64,000 bases of DNA from Nitrospirota bacterium (GCA_963710375.1 CAVPZX010000003.1:128001-192000); one strand, 5' to 3'; positions 47,848 through 58,345 are shown, counted from the first letter of the stretch. Made by a program: numbers and translations. The notes: a model not told the origin generated them from the letters alone.

Positions 47848-48420
47848 ATGGATATAAGCACTATTCTTCGTTCACTTGTCGGAACATACGGCTACTATGC
47901 CTTGCTTGCCGGGACGTTTCTGGAGGGAGAAACGATATTGCTGATCGGCGGGCTCGTCGCTAATTTGGGGTATCTGGATCTGCGCGCCGTGATGCTTGTT
48001 GCATTTATCGGAAGTTTCTCCGGCGACCAGTTATACTTCTGTCTGGGACGGCTCAAAGGCAGGGAATTGCTGGCACGGCACCACAAATGGGAAAAACGGG
48101 TGGATAAAGTGCACTGCCTGATGGAGCGATATCATGACCTCATAATGGTCGGATTCAGGTTTGTGTACGGCATCAGAATTTTGACTCCCATAGTCCTCGG
48201 CATGAATAAAGGTGTAAAAACTCTCCGTTTCTTCGTCCTCAATGCCATAGGGGCGATGATATGGTCTGTAGTAATCTCCTCCGCCGGCTATTTTTTTGGG
48301 TATGCTATTGAAAGTCTTATCAAGGCTGTCAAACACTACGAGATCATTGTGCTGTTTGTGATTGCCGGAACAGCTATTGCCCTCTGGGCTGTCCGCCGGT
48401 TCAGGCGAAAGAAGTGCTAA
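47848..48420 (+). CDS. DedA-family membrane protein
   Basis: FLEGET, GDQLYF..GR and FRFVYGIR motifs. Confidence 0.9.
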   Translation: MDISTILRSLVGTYGYYALLAGTFLEGETILLIGGLVANLGYLDLRAVMLVAFIGSFSGDQLYFCLGRLKGRELLARHHKWEKRVDKVHCLMERYHDLIMVGFRFVYGIRILTPIVLGMNKGVKTLRFFVLNAIGAMIWSVVISSAGYFFGYAIESLIKAVKHYEIIVLFVIAGTAIALWAVRRFRRKKC

Positions 48421-49037
48421 AGAACTTGTTCTATTCCTATCGCAATTAATGCAAGACCGGCTACGACTGTGGCCTTCTTATTTATGTTCCACTTAATAAA
48501 GTATTCGGCAATGTAGTTTCCTGACCAAAGGGCGATAAAGCTTATGACCGCAGACAAGAAGCCCACCAATAATGAGCTTAGGCCCATCATCCCCGCACTC
48601 AATCCTCCGCCAACATTGTTTATTGATAATGCTATTCCAAGGATCGTCGCCTCTTTGAAGTCAATATGTTTTGACCTGTCCATATCGGCATTTTCGGGCT
48701 TAACCAGGACATGCAGAATGTTCGATGCATTTTCCTGGTCAGGCTCTTCGGCAGGGTCATTCTTTACTCTTCTTATGTATTGTTCCAATATCATCCATAA
48801 CCCGATAGCTGAAAGAAGCAACATGGCTATAATTGACGAGAGATGTTTGCCGAAAAATCCTGTTATCATCGATCCTGAATAAGCGGCAAAATATGAAATG
48901 AAAAATGTAATGACAGAAATCCAGAGATTTATTAAAGTGGATATTTTTATTCCCCGAATGCTATAGGCAATCCTGACTCCTATATTATCAAAGTTATTTG
49001 ATAACGCTATAAAAAATGTATAGAAAATGTCATGCAT
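48417..49037 (-). CDS. YtaF/MntP-family membrane protein
   Basis: IALSNNFDN and LGIALSINN repeats; six TM segments. Confidence 0.75.
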   Translation of the reverse strand: MHDIFYTFFIALSNNFDNIGVRIAYSIRGIKISTLINLWISVITFFISYFAAYSGSMITGFFGKHLSSIIAMLLLSAIGLWMILEQYIRRVKNDPAEEPDQENASNILHVLVKPENADMDRSKHIDFKEATILGIALSINNVGGGLSAGMMGLSSLLVGFLSAVISFIALWSGNYIAEYFIKWNINKKATVVAGLALIAIGIEQVL

Positions 49038-49284
49038 GTATATATCCTTTTGGGAGAGAGTTCCTCCTGCAGCATACTAATATAACCAATATATGTTAAA
49101 AGAATATTTCGACATGATTACTATAATGTTAAATAAATAGCGCAGCCTCTATAAATGCTGTTATATAAATGTTATTATATCACAATGTGCCAGCCGGGGC
49201 AGGCGTTCGCCATTAGCTCATAGTTTTTTAACTTTTTCCTGTGATATAATGTTCTGACTCTGACAATAAGTTTGGAGGTTATCA

Positions 49285-49581
49285 TTGAAAAGGGTTTCTG
49301 TGGAGCTCCTGAAACCGGGAGCTAAACTGGCAAAACCGGTTGTTAATGACAGCGGCATGATTCTTATCGGCGAGGGCACGGTACTGAAGGATTCCCATAT
49401 AGACCGCCTTCAGAGTATGAGCATAAGCACTGTATTTGTAGAGGGGACAGCAGGGCCTTCAAAAACCAGGGAGGAATTGCTGGCCGAACTTGATGACAGG
49501 TTCAAAAAGACAGAAGATGAGCCGTACATGCAGACATTGAAAAGAGTATTCAAAGAGTATATAGAAGGGATGAGCATCTGA
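49285..49581 (+). CDS. Small protein of the type found N-terminal to or upstream of HD/HDOD domains
   Basis: LKPGAKLAKPV...G.ILIGEGTVL...I.RL motif; GGAGG RBS. Confidence 0.7.
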   Translation: MKRVSVELLKPGAKLAKPVVNDSGMILIGEGTVLKDSHIDRLQSMSISTVFVEGTAGPSKTREELLAELDDRFKKTEDEPYMQTLKRVFKEYIEGMSI

Positions 49582-49582
49582 T

Positions 49583-50425
49583 ATGGACGTTCGGGACATG
49601 CGAAGTCAGATCGAGAACATCGATACGCTGCCTACGATACCCAGCATTTTGAGAAAGTTGTTGGCTGTTATCGAGAAGCCGAGGATTTCAATTAACGAGA
49701 TAGGCAGTTTTATTGCCAATGATCCTGTGCTTACTTCAAGGGTGCTCAAAGTGGTCAATTCACCTATTTACGGCTTTCCAGGGAGGATATCCTCGTTAAA
49801 TCAGGCTTTGATACTGCTCGGCCTCAATGTGGTGAGAGGCATGCTGCTCGGCGTTTCTGTTTTCGAGGCGATGCAGAAGACCATGGTCGGCCTATGGGAG
49901 CATTCACTTGGCTGTGCCATTGCATCACGTATTATTGCAAAGAAAAAGGGATTGAAAGAACCTGAAGAGGTTTCTATTGCCGGTTTGCTGCATGACATCG
50001 GCAAGGTGGTCATGGGGCTCAAATTTCCGGAGGAGTACGCTCTTGCCATTGCTGACGCTCAAAATGGACATATATTCATGATAGATGCAGAGAAGAGGCA
50101 ATTTAATATAAGCCATGCCGATGCCGGGGGATGGATATCCCTGAAATGGAATTTCCCTCAGAATCTTGTTGAGCCGATAGAATATCACCACAAGCCGCAT
50201 CTCGCAAAAGTGGTCCCGCTTCAGACCGCAGTCGTACATTTTGCTGATGTGCTGACGAGAGCAGCCGGATTCGGTTTTTCCGGCGATATCTTTGTCCCTG
50301 CAGTGCATCCATCTGTGTGGCAGTTGCTCGACCTGTCCGACGATGACTTGAAGGATATAGTAGCAGAATTCGAAGACTCATTAGGCCAGGCCGAGGACTT
50401 TCTGCTTTCCGATGAGCAATCCTAA
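49583..50425 (+). CDS. HDOD domain protein
   Basis: LPTIP, DPVLT.RVL..VNS, WEHS and AGLLHDIGK motifs. Confidence 0.92.
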   Translation: MDVRDMRSQIENIDTLPTIPSILRKLLAVIEKPRISINEIGSFIANDPVLTSRVLKVVNSPIYGFPGRISSLNQALILLGLNVVRGMLLGVSVFEAMQKTMVGLWEHSLGCAIASRIIAKKKGLKEPEEVSIAGLLHDIGKVVMGLKFPEEYALAIADAQNGHIFMIDAEKRQFNISHADAGGWISLKWNFPQNLVEPIEYHHKPHLAKVVPLQTAVVHFADVLTRAAGFGFSGDIFVPAVHPSVWQLLDLSDDDLKDIVAEFEDSLGQAEDFLLSDEQS

Positions 50426-51347
50426 AACCGTCGTTGTTATCTCCAGGGACCAGGTACTAACCAGTTTAATCAGTAAATTCCTTATAGGGTTAGGTCAAAT
50501 AGTCGAATTTGCCACTCTTGGATCTTCACTGGACTATGTGTATAGTTCAAGTCCCGATATACTGCTCATAGACATAACTTCCGACGATCCCTCTACCGTT
50601 TCGATGCTGAATGATTTAAAGAGCGATCCGGTTTTGGGTCACTTAGCGGTGTTTGCTGTTTTCGGCGATGCCTTTATTGTTCCGGGCTGGGACTATCTTC
50701 TTGTAGACGATTACATTAAGCGGTCATCTCTCGAAGTGGAATTACGGTCGCGGATTGAATTGTGCATACAAAGGGCGGAGAGGGCCATCGAAGTAAATCC
50801 GCTGACAGGGCTGCCGGGTAATATTCAAATCACAAAGCAGATACAAAAACGGCTCGACGCAGGTGATCAATTTGCCCTTGCTTACGCCGACCTGGACTTC
50901 TTTAAACCTTACAATGACCGCTACGGGTTCAGCCGGGGCGATGAGGTCCTGAAGATGCTCGGCAGGCTTATTCTCAATACTGTAAAAGAGAGGCAGCCTC
51001 ACGGCAGTTTTGTCGGCCACATCGGTGGAGATGATATCGTATTTATTATGGATTGCGATACTGTTGAAGAGACTTCCGGCAAGATCATCGGTTATTTCGA
51101 CACTATCATCCCAACTTTTTATGATATTGAGGACAGGACGAAAGGTTTTATAGAATCGGTAGACAGGGAGGGAGAAAAAAAAGTATTCCCTCTTATAAGT
51201 ATCTCAATAGGTATTGTTTGCAACGATATAAAACACTTTGACCATTATGGGGAGATTGCTGAAGTTGCATCCGAAATGAAGAAGTTTGCCAAAACGGTAA
51301 CAGGTAGTTGCTTCAAGGTCAACAGGAGACACCCGTCCCCAGCCTAA
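50412..51347 (+). CDS. Degenerate receiver plus GGDEF-domain protein
   Basis: NPLTGLPGN, DLDFFKPYNDRYGF..GD and HIGGDDI. Confidence 0.88.
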   Translation: MSNPKTVVVISRDQVLTSLISKFLIGLGQIVEFATLGSSLDYVYSSSPDILLIDITSDDPSTVSMLNDLKSDPVLGHLAVFAVFGDAFIVPGWDYLLVDDYIKRSSLEVELRSRIELCIQRAERAIEVNPLTGLPGNIQITKQIQKRLDAGDQFALAYADLDFFKPYNDRYGFSRGDEVLKMLGRLILNTVKERQPHGSFVGHIGGDDIVFIMDCDTVEETSGKIIGYFDTIIPTFYDIEDRTKGFIESVDREGEKKVFPLISISIGIVCNDIKHFDHYGEIAEVASEMKKFAKTVTGSCFKVNRRHPSPA

Positions 51348-51349
51348 AG

Positions 51350-51430
51350 AAATGTTGAATGTCGAATTTTGAATGATAAATTATGGACTTTTTCATTAAT
51401 TCAACATTTAGCATTCAACATTCAAAATTA
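51350..51430. repeat. Heptamer-periodic palindrome between convergent genes (possible terminator)
   Basis: aatgttg-aatgtcg-aattttg-aatg ... catt-aattcaacatttagcattcaacattcaaaatt. Confidence 0.7.
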
Positions 51431-51436
51431 TTTGGG

Positions 51437-51715
51437 TCAGTCAAAAAGTTTTATTATTGAGTCAGCCTTGTCCTCAATACTCTTCATGCTCTGGGACATC
51501 GATTTGTGGTCTTTTTTTATCGTGTGCAGTTCGTCGGAGATATTCAAGGCAGCGAGGATAACGGCCTTAAGCGGTGTTATGTTAGGGGCTGTGGCATATA
51601 TTTCTTTTAATTTTCCCTCTACGAATTCGGCGAGCTGCAGCAGGTATTCGGGGGATTCATTGTCCCCTTTTATTAAATACTTTTGCCCGAGGATATGTAC
51701 TTCCACCTTTCCCAT
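51437..51715 (-). CDS. zapA: Cell division protein ZapA
   Basis: VHILGQKY.I...YL..LA..V...AVILAALNISDEL. Confidence 0.88.
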   Translation of the reverse strand: MGKVEVHILGQKYLIKGDNESPEYLLQLAEFVEGKLKEIYATAPNITPLKAVILAALNISDELHTIKKDHKSMSQSMKSIEDKADSIIKLFD

Positions 51716-51721
51716 GCAGGT

Positions 51722-51937
51722 CTATTTGAGCTCGATCAAATCCAATTCATTGAATAAATCCTCGAGCTGGGTTTTTATCGAGGCTTTCTCGGCCATTAAT
51801 TTATCGATTTCATTGTCCTTTGATTCTATAATGCTTTCGAGCTCTTCCAGTTGTTTCACGAGATTGTTTTTTTCTTCTTTCAGCATCTTAATTTTTTCAA
51901 CGGCATAGGTTATCTTCTCTTCAAAAGTCTTTAACAT
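51722..51937 (-). CDS. ZapB-like coiled-coil protein
   Basis: MLKTFEEKITYAVEKIKMLKEE heptads, upstream of zapA; GGGGAGG RBS before ATG 51937. Confidence 0.75.
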   Translation of the reverse strand: MLKTFEEKITYAVEKIKMLKEEKNNLVKQLEELESIIESKDNEIDKLMAEKASIKTQLEDLFNELDLIELK

Positions 51938-51955
51938 ATTAACAATTCCTCCCCT

Positions 51956-52137
51956 AGGGCTCGCGAATAAATAACTTGCACATTGATGCATCTCAGATTT
52001 AGGCCATCTTTGCCCGATCCTCAGTCGCAAAATCCTCAACGTAGCGCTGCTACGCCTGCGGTTTTGCTCGGTCGGATCAGCCAAATCTGACCCAAATCTG
52101 AGCGCCTGAATGCACTAGTTATTTATTTGCGAGCCCT
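51956..52137. mobile_element. MITE-like palindromic element (~182 bp)
   Basis: 21-bp terminal inverted repeats AGGGCTCGC(G/A)AATAAATAACT; internal nested palindrome centred on CGTAGC-gct-GCTACG. Confidence 0.7.
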
Positions 52138-52192
52138 TATGTAAAAATAATACACAATTTCATAGGCTATGGGCAATAGCTTATTGCCCGTA

Positions 52193-54208
52193 TTAAAGTT
52201 CCCCGATGTGCGTATGGGCCATGGAAACGCCGCCATCTCGGTTCGACCGCAAATACTCGAAATAAGTTGTCAAGACTTTTTTGACATAATTTCTCGTCTC
52301 GTGATAAGGAATGTCCTCTATGAACTCGTCTACGGTCCTGTAATTCCCGTTTTTCAACCAGTCCCTTACTGCATCCTCTCCTCCGTTGTATGATGCAAGC
52401 GCAAAAGGAATAGATCCTAATTTGTTGAGCAGCTGCCTGAAATAAGAGCTTCCAAGCATTATGTTGGTCCGGGCATCGTATAGCTCCGGAGAATTTTTGA
52501 GATGCACCTTGATATTTTTATTGCACCGGCGAGCGGTCTGTGGCATGAGCTGCATCAGTCCGATCGCACCTGCAATAGACCGTGCTTCAGGCTCGTATCG
52601 TGATTCTTCACGTATTACAGAGAGGATCAAATAAGGATCCAGCGATGTCTCTTCCGAGGCCTCTTTCACTTCGGGCCAGAAGGCAAGAGGGTAATATAAT
52701 TCGTGCAGTTCCTCGTTATAGGGGAGTTTTGATATAAGCATCTCAGCGCTCTTGTAATGGCCCATTTTCTCAAGATACGAGCTGATAGAAATGAGATCGC
52801 CGGGAGCAGGATTTTTTCTTGACAGCAGCAGCAATTCAGCGGCTGCCTCGTTTGTCAGCCCGATCTCCGCCAATATTTCGACCCTTTCAGCAACAGGCGA
52901 CATCAACGAGGCTTTCAAATAAGTCCTGCTGATGGCCGGAGGTTCCTGTTTATTTTTCAGGAAGGTCAAATAAGCATAAAAATCGTGGAAGTTCTCGCGG
53001 TCTGCAGGCGGCCTCAAGGGTTCTCTATTGCCAAGCAATTCCCTGCACTTTTGGCTCCAGTAAAGATATTTTGAATCCCCGTATGTCTGAGCAAGCTGAG
53101 AGAACAACCTGGATGCATTTTTATAATCCCTCGATAGATAGTACGTCCAGCCTGTTGCCCACAGAACATCTTCTCTGGCCGACGGATAGCGTGAAAGAAC
53201 ATTGTTGAAAATTTTAATTGCCTCGTCGCTATTGCCCTGCCGTCTTTTCAATGAACCATATGCTATCATCACCCCTGCTATCCTTTTGTCGGCAGTTTTG
53301 CTGAATTCGGGCAGTTCGGCCTGAAAGTCGTCGATATCCCCAGCCCTGAAAAGCGATCGTGCCCTCCAGAGACTGTTCTTTGTTTTTTTAAAGAGTGCCG
53401 CTGCTTCCTTGTATCTTTTCTGGCTGAATAGTGAGTAGGCGAGGCTGTCTGTTATTTCATTTTTGTCCCGATGGTTATCGGAGCGAGTGAGAGCTTCCCT
53501 GAGGACTTTTTCAGCTTCTTCGAACTGCCACGCGGCATTCAGGGCTTTCCCCCTTTTGAGAAGGTCACCGACAGTAATGTCAGACGGCGAGAGTTCATTA
53601 GACGCATTGGCCGACATCGGGCAGGCGGATATAAACACTTCCCTGAACAGCTCTTTAGCCTTTTTCGAGTTGTTGTTCTCTTTAAGATACTGTGCATAGC
53701 TGTATTTGATCTCCATATTCGAGGGGCTGTCTTTGATCATCGCTTCAAGCAAACCGCCAACCGACGGGTCGTTCTTTTTTATCATCAAGTCTATCTCTAT
53801 AAGCCTGGCTTTTTTGACGAGCGGGGATTCCTTATATTTTTCTGTGATTGTCTTCAGGTCCTCAAGGGCCTTATCACGGTCTCCGTTGCCCTCGTAAGCT
53901 CTGGAGCGCCACAGCAGCGCATAGTCGCCAAGCAGGGGCAATTTCTCATAGGCCGCGGTCAGCAGGGCGATTGATTTTTGATAATCACCTTTTCCCATGC
54001 TGTTTTTGCCTTCGATAAGTGCCTGCTCCCCCGCACGATTTATTTCATCGACGGCATTGGCCCTTGCCGTATTCGTCAACTGTTCCGACGCAGACGTAAA
54101 CACCGGCATAAAGCAGGGCACAAGGAGGACCGCCAGCAGTAAGGAGTAAAAGAAGAGTCCCGAACGTCGCCGGTTAAAACTTGCCGAGGTAATCAATGTA
54201 TTTGTCAT
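52193..54208 (-). CDS. Slt70-like soluble lytic transglycosylase with TPR-like repeats
   Basis: IREES, GAIGLMQLMPQTA, ASYNGG and EDIPYHETRNYVKKV motifs; start uncertain. Confidence 0.92.
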   Translation of the reverse strand: MTNTLITSASFNRRRSGLFFYSLLLAVLLVPCFMPVFTSASEQLTNTARANAVDEINRAGEQALIEGKNSMGKGDYQKSIALLTAAYEKLPLLGDYALLWRSRAYEGNGDRDKALEDLKTITEKYKESPLVKKARLIEIDLMIKKNDPSVGGLLEAMIKDSPSNMEIKYSYAQYLKENNNSKKAKELFREVFISACPMSANASNELSPSDITVGDLLKRGKALNAAWQFEEAEKVLREALTRSDNHRDKNEITDSLAYSLFSQKRYKEAAALFKKTKNSLWRARSLFRAGDIDDFQAELPEFSKTADKRIAGVMIAYGSLKRRQGNSDEAIKIFNNVLSRYPSAREDVLWATGWTYYLSRDYKNASRLFSQLAQTYGDSKYLYWSQKCRELLGNREPLRPPADRENFHDFYAYLTFLKNKQEPPAISRTYLKASLMSPVAERVEILAEIGLTNEAAAELLLLSRKNPAPGDLISISSYLEKMGHYKSAEMLISKLPYNEELHELYYPLAFWPEVKEASEETSLDPYLILSVIREESRYEPEARSIAGAIGLMQLMPQTARRCNKNIKVHLKNSPELYDARTNIMLGSSYFRQLLNKLGSIPFALASYNGGEDAVRDWLKNGNYRTVDEFIEDIPYHETRNYVKKVLTTYFEYLRSNRDGGVSMAHTHIGEL

Positions 54209-55382
54209 AATTTCTTTTCGTTTCATCAAGACTGTCTCCCCCGAATTTTACTAGGAGCGCATCGGCAAGTACCAGCGCTGTCATTGCCTCGCAGATTACT
54301 GCAACTGCCGGTACGGCACACGTATCGGAGCGCTCATAGGCCGCTTCAAAAGGTTCTTTGGATATTATATCGACTGACCTGAGTGGTTTTTTCAGAGTCG
54401 GGATCGGCTTCATTACTGCTTTAATGACAACAGGCATTCCGTTGGTGATACCGCCTTCGATCCCTCCGGCGTGGTTTGTCCTCCTGAAGAAAGGCGAGCC
54501 GCCTGTTTCAGACAAAGAACGGTCATAGAATATTTCATCCATTACCTCAGAGCCGAATTTGTCCGAATAAGCAAAACCATCGCCTATTTCGACACCCTTG
54601 ACGGCCTGAATTCCCATTAATGCATGTGAAAGGATGCCGTCCAGCCGACGGTCCCACTGAATGTGGCTGCCGAGTCCAGGTGGTACGCCGGTTGCCAGCA
54701 CCTCGAACCTGCCGCCTACAGAGTCCCCGTTCTGAGCTGCCTTGTCTATCACCGCTATCATAGCATGCGCAGCTTCATCATCAGGACACCGTACAGTAGA
54801 GGCATCGATCTTTTCGAGAGAATCCTGCACTGCAAAGCTATCCCGGAATTGTTTGAGCAGCTCATCTGCAACCCGGATGCTGCCGATCTGGGTCACATAG
54901 CTTCCCACATGCATAGAAAACACGGAAAGGAATTTTTTCGCTATTGCACCCAGTGCAACTTTCATTGCTGTTTCCCTGGCGCTGGAACGCTCAAGGATAT
55001 TCCGTATGTCCTTGTGATTGTATTTTAGTGCGCCGCTAAGGTCTGCATGTCCTGGACGCGGTCTTGTCACCGGCTCAATGCAACCCTCATGGGTGCTTTC
55101 CGGCGACATGCCTTCCTGCCAGTTTTTCCAGTCCCTGTTTTCGATGAGAAGCGCGATTGGAGAGCCGAGGGTTTTCCCCCACCTGACGCCTGATAGTATT
55201 TGTGCACGGTCCTGCTCTATTTTCATTCTGCCGCCTCGTCCGTATCCCAACTGTCTTCTTTTGAGTTCTTTGTCAATGTCCCCGGCTGACAGCGGAAGCC
55301 CGGAGGGGATTTTTTCGATAATACCGGTAAGCGCTTTGCCGTGCGATTCCCCGGCTGTTAAAAACCTGAGCACATTCATCAT
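54174..55382 (-). CDS. aroC: Chorismate synthase
   Basis: TAGESHG, PRPGHAD, ERSSARET, GGIEGGITNG and MKPIPTL motifs. Confidence 0.97.
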   Translation of the reverse strand: MMNVLRFLTAGESHGKALTGIIEKIPSGLPLSAGDIDKELKRRQLGYGRGGRMKIEQDRAQILSGVRWGKTLGSPIALLIENRDWKNWQEGMSPESTHEGCIEPVTRPRPGHADLSGALKYNHKDIRNILERSSARETAMKVALGAIAKKFLSVFSMHVGSYVTQIGSIRVADELLKQFRDSFAVQDSLEKIDASTVRCPDDEAAHAMIAVIDKAAQNGDSVGGRFEVLATGVPPGLGSHIQWDRRLDGILSHALMGIQAVKGVEIGDGFAYSDKFGSEVMDEIFYDRSLSETGGSPFFRRTNHAGGIEGGITNGMPVVIKAVMKPIPTLKKPLRSVDIISKEPFEAAYERSDTCAVPAVAVICEAMTALVLADALLVKFGGDSLDETKRNYDKYIDYLGKF

Positions 55383-55657
55383 TCTTTAAAATAACGTTAA
55401 CCGGCAGTCAGCGTCAATCTTTTTATACGGGGAACTTCCCCTCCTTCCTGCTAATTCACGCCGCAGAAATTTGATATAATATGTTTAGTACTAATGGTAT
55501 CGGCAATTGCATTGCCGGCGCGAAAGAAGGTGAGGCCTTCTTAGATGAATTTCGAGCAGCCGGTTTCAGCGGAGCCGGAAGTCGCAATGCACGAACTTAC
55601 AACCCCAATATATTAGCTGCAGATATATACGCTAAAAAATAGTGGATATTTTATAAA

Positions 55658-56467
55658 ATGAATATGTTCATCATCGATCACGAGATCTTTATCCGGCTAG
55701 GCTCTTTCTTAGGAGTTTTTTCCCTTATGGTCTTCTGGGAGTCCAGAGCCCCGCGGCGGGTCTTGACGCAATCTAAGGGCCTTCGCTGGTTCGGCAACCT
55801 CTCGATAACCTTTCTCAATAGCCTGATAGTTCGCGTAGTTTTCCCGATAACCGCCATCGGAGTTGCCATCCTTAGCGCTAAATCAGGCTGGGGAGTTTTT
55901 AACAATATAACTCTGCCCCCTTGGATGGCAGGGCTCGCCGCGCTCGTGGCGCTCGATTTGACCATCTATACCCAGCATCTTCTATTCCATAAAATTCCAC
56001 TTTTCTGGCGTCTCCACCGGATGCACCATACCGACCTTGATATCGATGTAACTACTGGAGCCAGATTTCATCCTGTCGAGATAGTGCTTTCGATGGGTAT
56101 TAAAATGTCGGTGGTAGTTATTCTCGGAGCCCCGGCCTGGTCCATCCTCGCCTTTGAGTTACTGCTGAATGCCACATCGATGTTTAATCACAGCAATATC
56201 TTGATGAATAGTAACATTGACAGAATATTGAGAACCTTTCTGGTTACGCCGGATATGCACCGAGTGCACCACTCTGTGATCAGGCTGGAAACGGACAGCA
56301 ATTTCGGTTTCAACCTACCCTGGTGGGACCGCCTCTTCGGCACCTACCATGCTCAACCCGCAACAGGGCATGAGGCAATGACGATCGGGTTAGCGAATTA
56401 CAGGGACCCAAAATGGCTGACATTGCCATGGATGTTGGCCGTGCCATTCGCCGGCAAATATCGTTAG
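55658..56467 (+). CDS. Sterol desaturase/fatty-acid hydroxylase family protein
   Basis: His boxes HLLFH, HRMHH and HRVHH; RFHP. Confidence 0.9.
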   Translation: MNMFIIDHEIFIRLGSFLGVFSLMVFWESRAPRRVLTQSKGLRWFGNLSITFLNSLIVRVVFPITAIGVAILSAKSGWGVFNNITLPPWMAGLAALVALDLTIYTQHLLFHKIPLFWRLHRMHHTDLDIDVTTGARFHPVEIVLSMGIKMSVVVILGAPAWSILAFELLLNATSMFNHSNILMNSNIDRILRTFLVTPDMHRVHHSVIRLETDSNFGFNLPWWDRLFGTYHAQPATGHEAMTIGLANYRDPKWLTLPWMLAVPFAGKYR

Positions 56468-56492
56468 GATGCCTCGTCCATCCACATACAGG

Positions 56493-56720
56493 CTACTTGG
56501 CCTCCGGTTCATGCAATGCGCTCTCTACCGCATCTATGCCCTGTCTGAGTATGTCTACTAACTCGACGATTCTCAAAAAGCGCCCTTGCCTCTCTTCTGG
56601 AGTGATATCGCGGAGCGCAAAACGCAACGCTTGCATGCGCTCTTTTGCTACATGCAGCGCCTCTTTTGCTTTCGCAATCTTATAGTGGGCATCTTCCTGA
56701 TCGATGGCCTTAGCCTCCAT
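56493..56720 (-). CDS. Small hypothetical helical protein
   Basis: 75-aa ORF filling the intergenic gap; amphipathic helical pattern. Confidence 0.5.
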   Translation of the reverse strand: MEAKAIDQEDAHYKIAKAKEALHVAKERMQALRFALRDITPEERQGRFLRIVELVDILRQGIDAVESALHEPEAK

Positions 56721-56829
56721 TTTTAAAACTAATCTAAGATTATAAAAATTGCTTTATATTATACCTTTTTATAATAACAAAATTCTGAGCCACCCCTGGC
56801 ACACTCGGGAATTATGATATAATGGGCAA

Positions 56830-57189
56830 ATGGAAAATTATAAACTGGTCCTTCCGGAACATCTTAATCAATTCGGTTATTTATTTGGCGGAAACCTATT
56901 AAAATGGGTCGATGAAATAGCCTGGATAGCTGCGAGTCTGGACTTTCCGGGATGTAAATTTGTTACCATCGGAATGGATAAAATTGAGTTTCGGAAGAGC
57001 ATAAAAAAGGGTTCTATCCTTAGGTTCCTTGTGGAAAGAGTTAAAATCGGAAAAACGTCGGTGCAGTATGCCGTAAATGTTTTCAACGAGGATATTGAGA
57101 GTGGAGACGCAGAAGGAGTGTTCTCGACAAACTTGACGTTTGTCCGTGTGGACGACGAGGGGAATAAGGCTGGTATTCCCAAACCCTAA
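56830..57189 (+). CDS. Acyl-CoA thioesterase (hotdog fold)
   Basis: [19 protein letters not shown] motif. Confidence 0.9.
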   Translation: MENYKLVLPEHLNQFGYLFGGNLLKWVDEIAWIAASLDFPGCKFVTIGMDKIEFRKSIKKGSILRFLVERVKIGKTSVQYAVNVFNEDIESGDAEGVFSTNLTFVRVDDEGNKAGIPKP

Positions 57190-57268
57190 ACTTATTTATG
57201 TATTCTTCCGATAATAATAATGAGATGCTTTTTATGGTCACTAAACAGCTGCAAGGAGCGATGAGAAA

Positions 57269-58240
57269 ATGACAGGAGATAAGACCTTTCCGCTAAGCAA
57301 ATCAGAATTCGCTGAAAGAGAATTATCCAGTATGATAAGACTTATGCCTAACCACAACGAAGTGGAAAGGGCATTCCATATTATGGCGGACTTCGCGCCT
57401 GTTTTTATTTGGATAGCTGAAGCCGGCAATATTAAGCGTTTTTATTTCAATAAAGTCTGGCTTGACTACAGGGGCAGGTCGCGTGCCGAGGAGGCAGAAG
57501 AAGGGTGGCTGGAAGGAATCCATCCGGATGACTATCAGGCCTTCCGCGCCGAATGTTCTGAAGCTTGTCTGGAAAGAAGGCCTTATAAGGTCCAATATCG
57601 TTTCAGAAGAAAAGACGGCGTTTTCAGGTGGGTCTTGGAAACCGGCGTCCCTTATGGTCGTCCTGATGGGGAATTAGATGGATTTGTCGGCTCCTGTGTG
57701 GGCATCGGTGAACAAAAGGAGCTGGAAGACCAGCTTTTTAAAATGGCGCATTACGACATTCTTACAGGTATCGCAAACCGCAGTCTCTTCATTAACAGGC
57801 TGGAACATGCAATTTCGATGTCGCTGCGTTATAAGACGATGTTTGCTCTTCTTTATATCGACCTTGACGGATTTAAAGGTGTTAATGACCAATATGGACA
57901 TAAGGCAGGAGACATTCTTTTGGTTGAAACAGCCCGAAGGCTCGATTATTGCGTTCGGGAGTCTGATACTACGGCGCGTATTGGAGGCGACGAATTCACA
58001 GTGATTTTGTCCCGGATCAATGGGGAAGAAGATGCATTCTCGGCTGCCCGAAAAATTGCTGAAGAAATCGCAAAGCCCTTTGTCATATTTGACCGGACAT
58101 GTTCTGTTGCAGCGAGCATAGGCATAGGGATTTTTCCAAGTGACGCCTTTGATGCCGAAACCCTGATGAAAAAGGCGGATATGGATATGTACCGCAGAAA
58201 GGGGAGCAGGCAGGATATGTGCAGGAGCACCTGTAGTTAA
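57269..58240 (+). CDS. PAS-GGDEF diguanylate cyclase
   Basis: PAS_3 (IHPDD...YRFRRKDG.FRW), DLDGFK.VND.YGH.AGD, intact GGDEF and RxxD I-site (RESD). Confidence 0.92.
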   Translation: MTGDKTFPLSKSEFAERELSSMIRLMPNHNEVERAFHIMADFAPVFIWIAEAGNIKRFYFNKVWLDYRGRSRAEEAEEGWLEGIHPDDYQAFRAECSEACLERRPYKVQYRFRRKDGVFRWVLETGVPYGRPDGELDGFVGSCVGIGEQKELEDQLFKMAHYDILTGIANRSLFINRLEHAISMSLRYKTMFALLYIDLDGFKGVNDQYGHKAGDILLVETARRLDYCVRESDTTARIGGDEFTVILSRINGEEDAFSAARKIAEEIAKPFVIFDRTCSVAASIGIGIFPSDAFDAETLMKKADMDMYRRKGSRQDMCRSTCS

Positions 58241-58345
58241 GTACTTTCGACTCAGCAGACTTCTCCTTCCTGATTACCGCCTGTTACCGTTACTTGTCTC
58301 ACGCATGATTTGTCTCCCGCCCACCGTTGTGATAGAATAGCGGTC

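Noticed and set aside
49038..49284. yybP-ykoY manganese riboswitch upstream of the MntP/YtaF-like gene
   Set aside because: AT-rich leader lacks the conserved GGGGAGUA core and stems.
51348..51436. 6S RNA downstream of zapA
   Set aside because: Only 89 bp are available and they are filled by a heptamer palindrome.
50412..58240. Hypr-type cGAMP synthase among the two GGDEF proteins
   Set aside because: Both keep Asp at the guanine-recognition position (GFSRGD, GHKAGD) rather than the Ser typical of Hypr enzymes.
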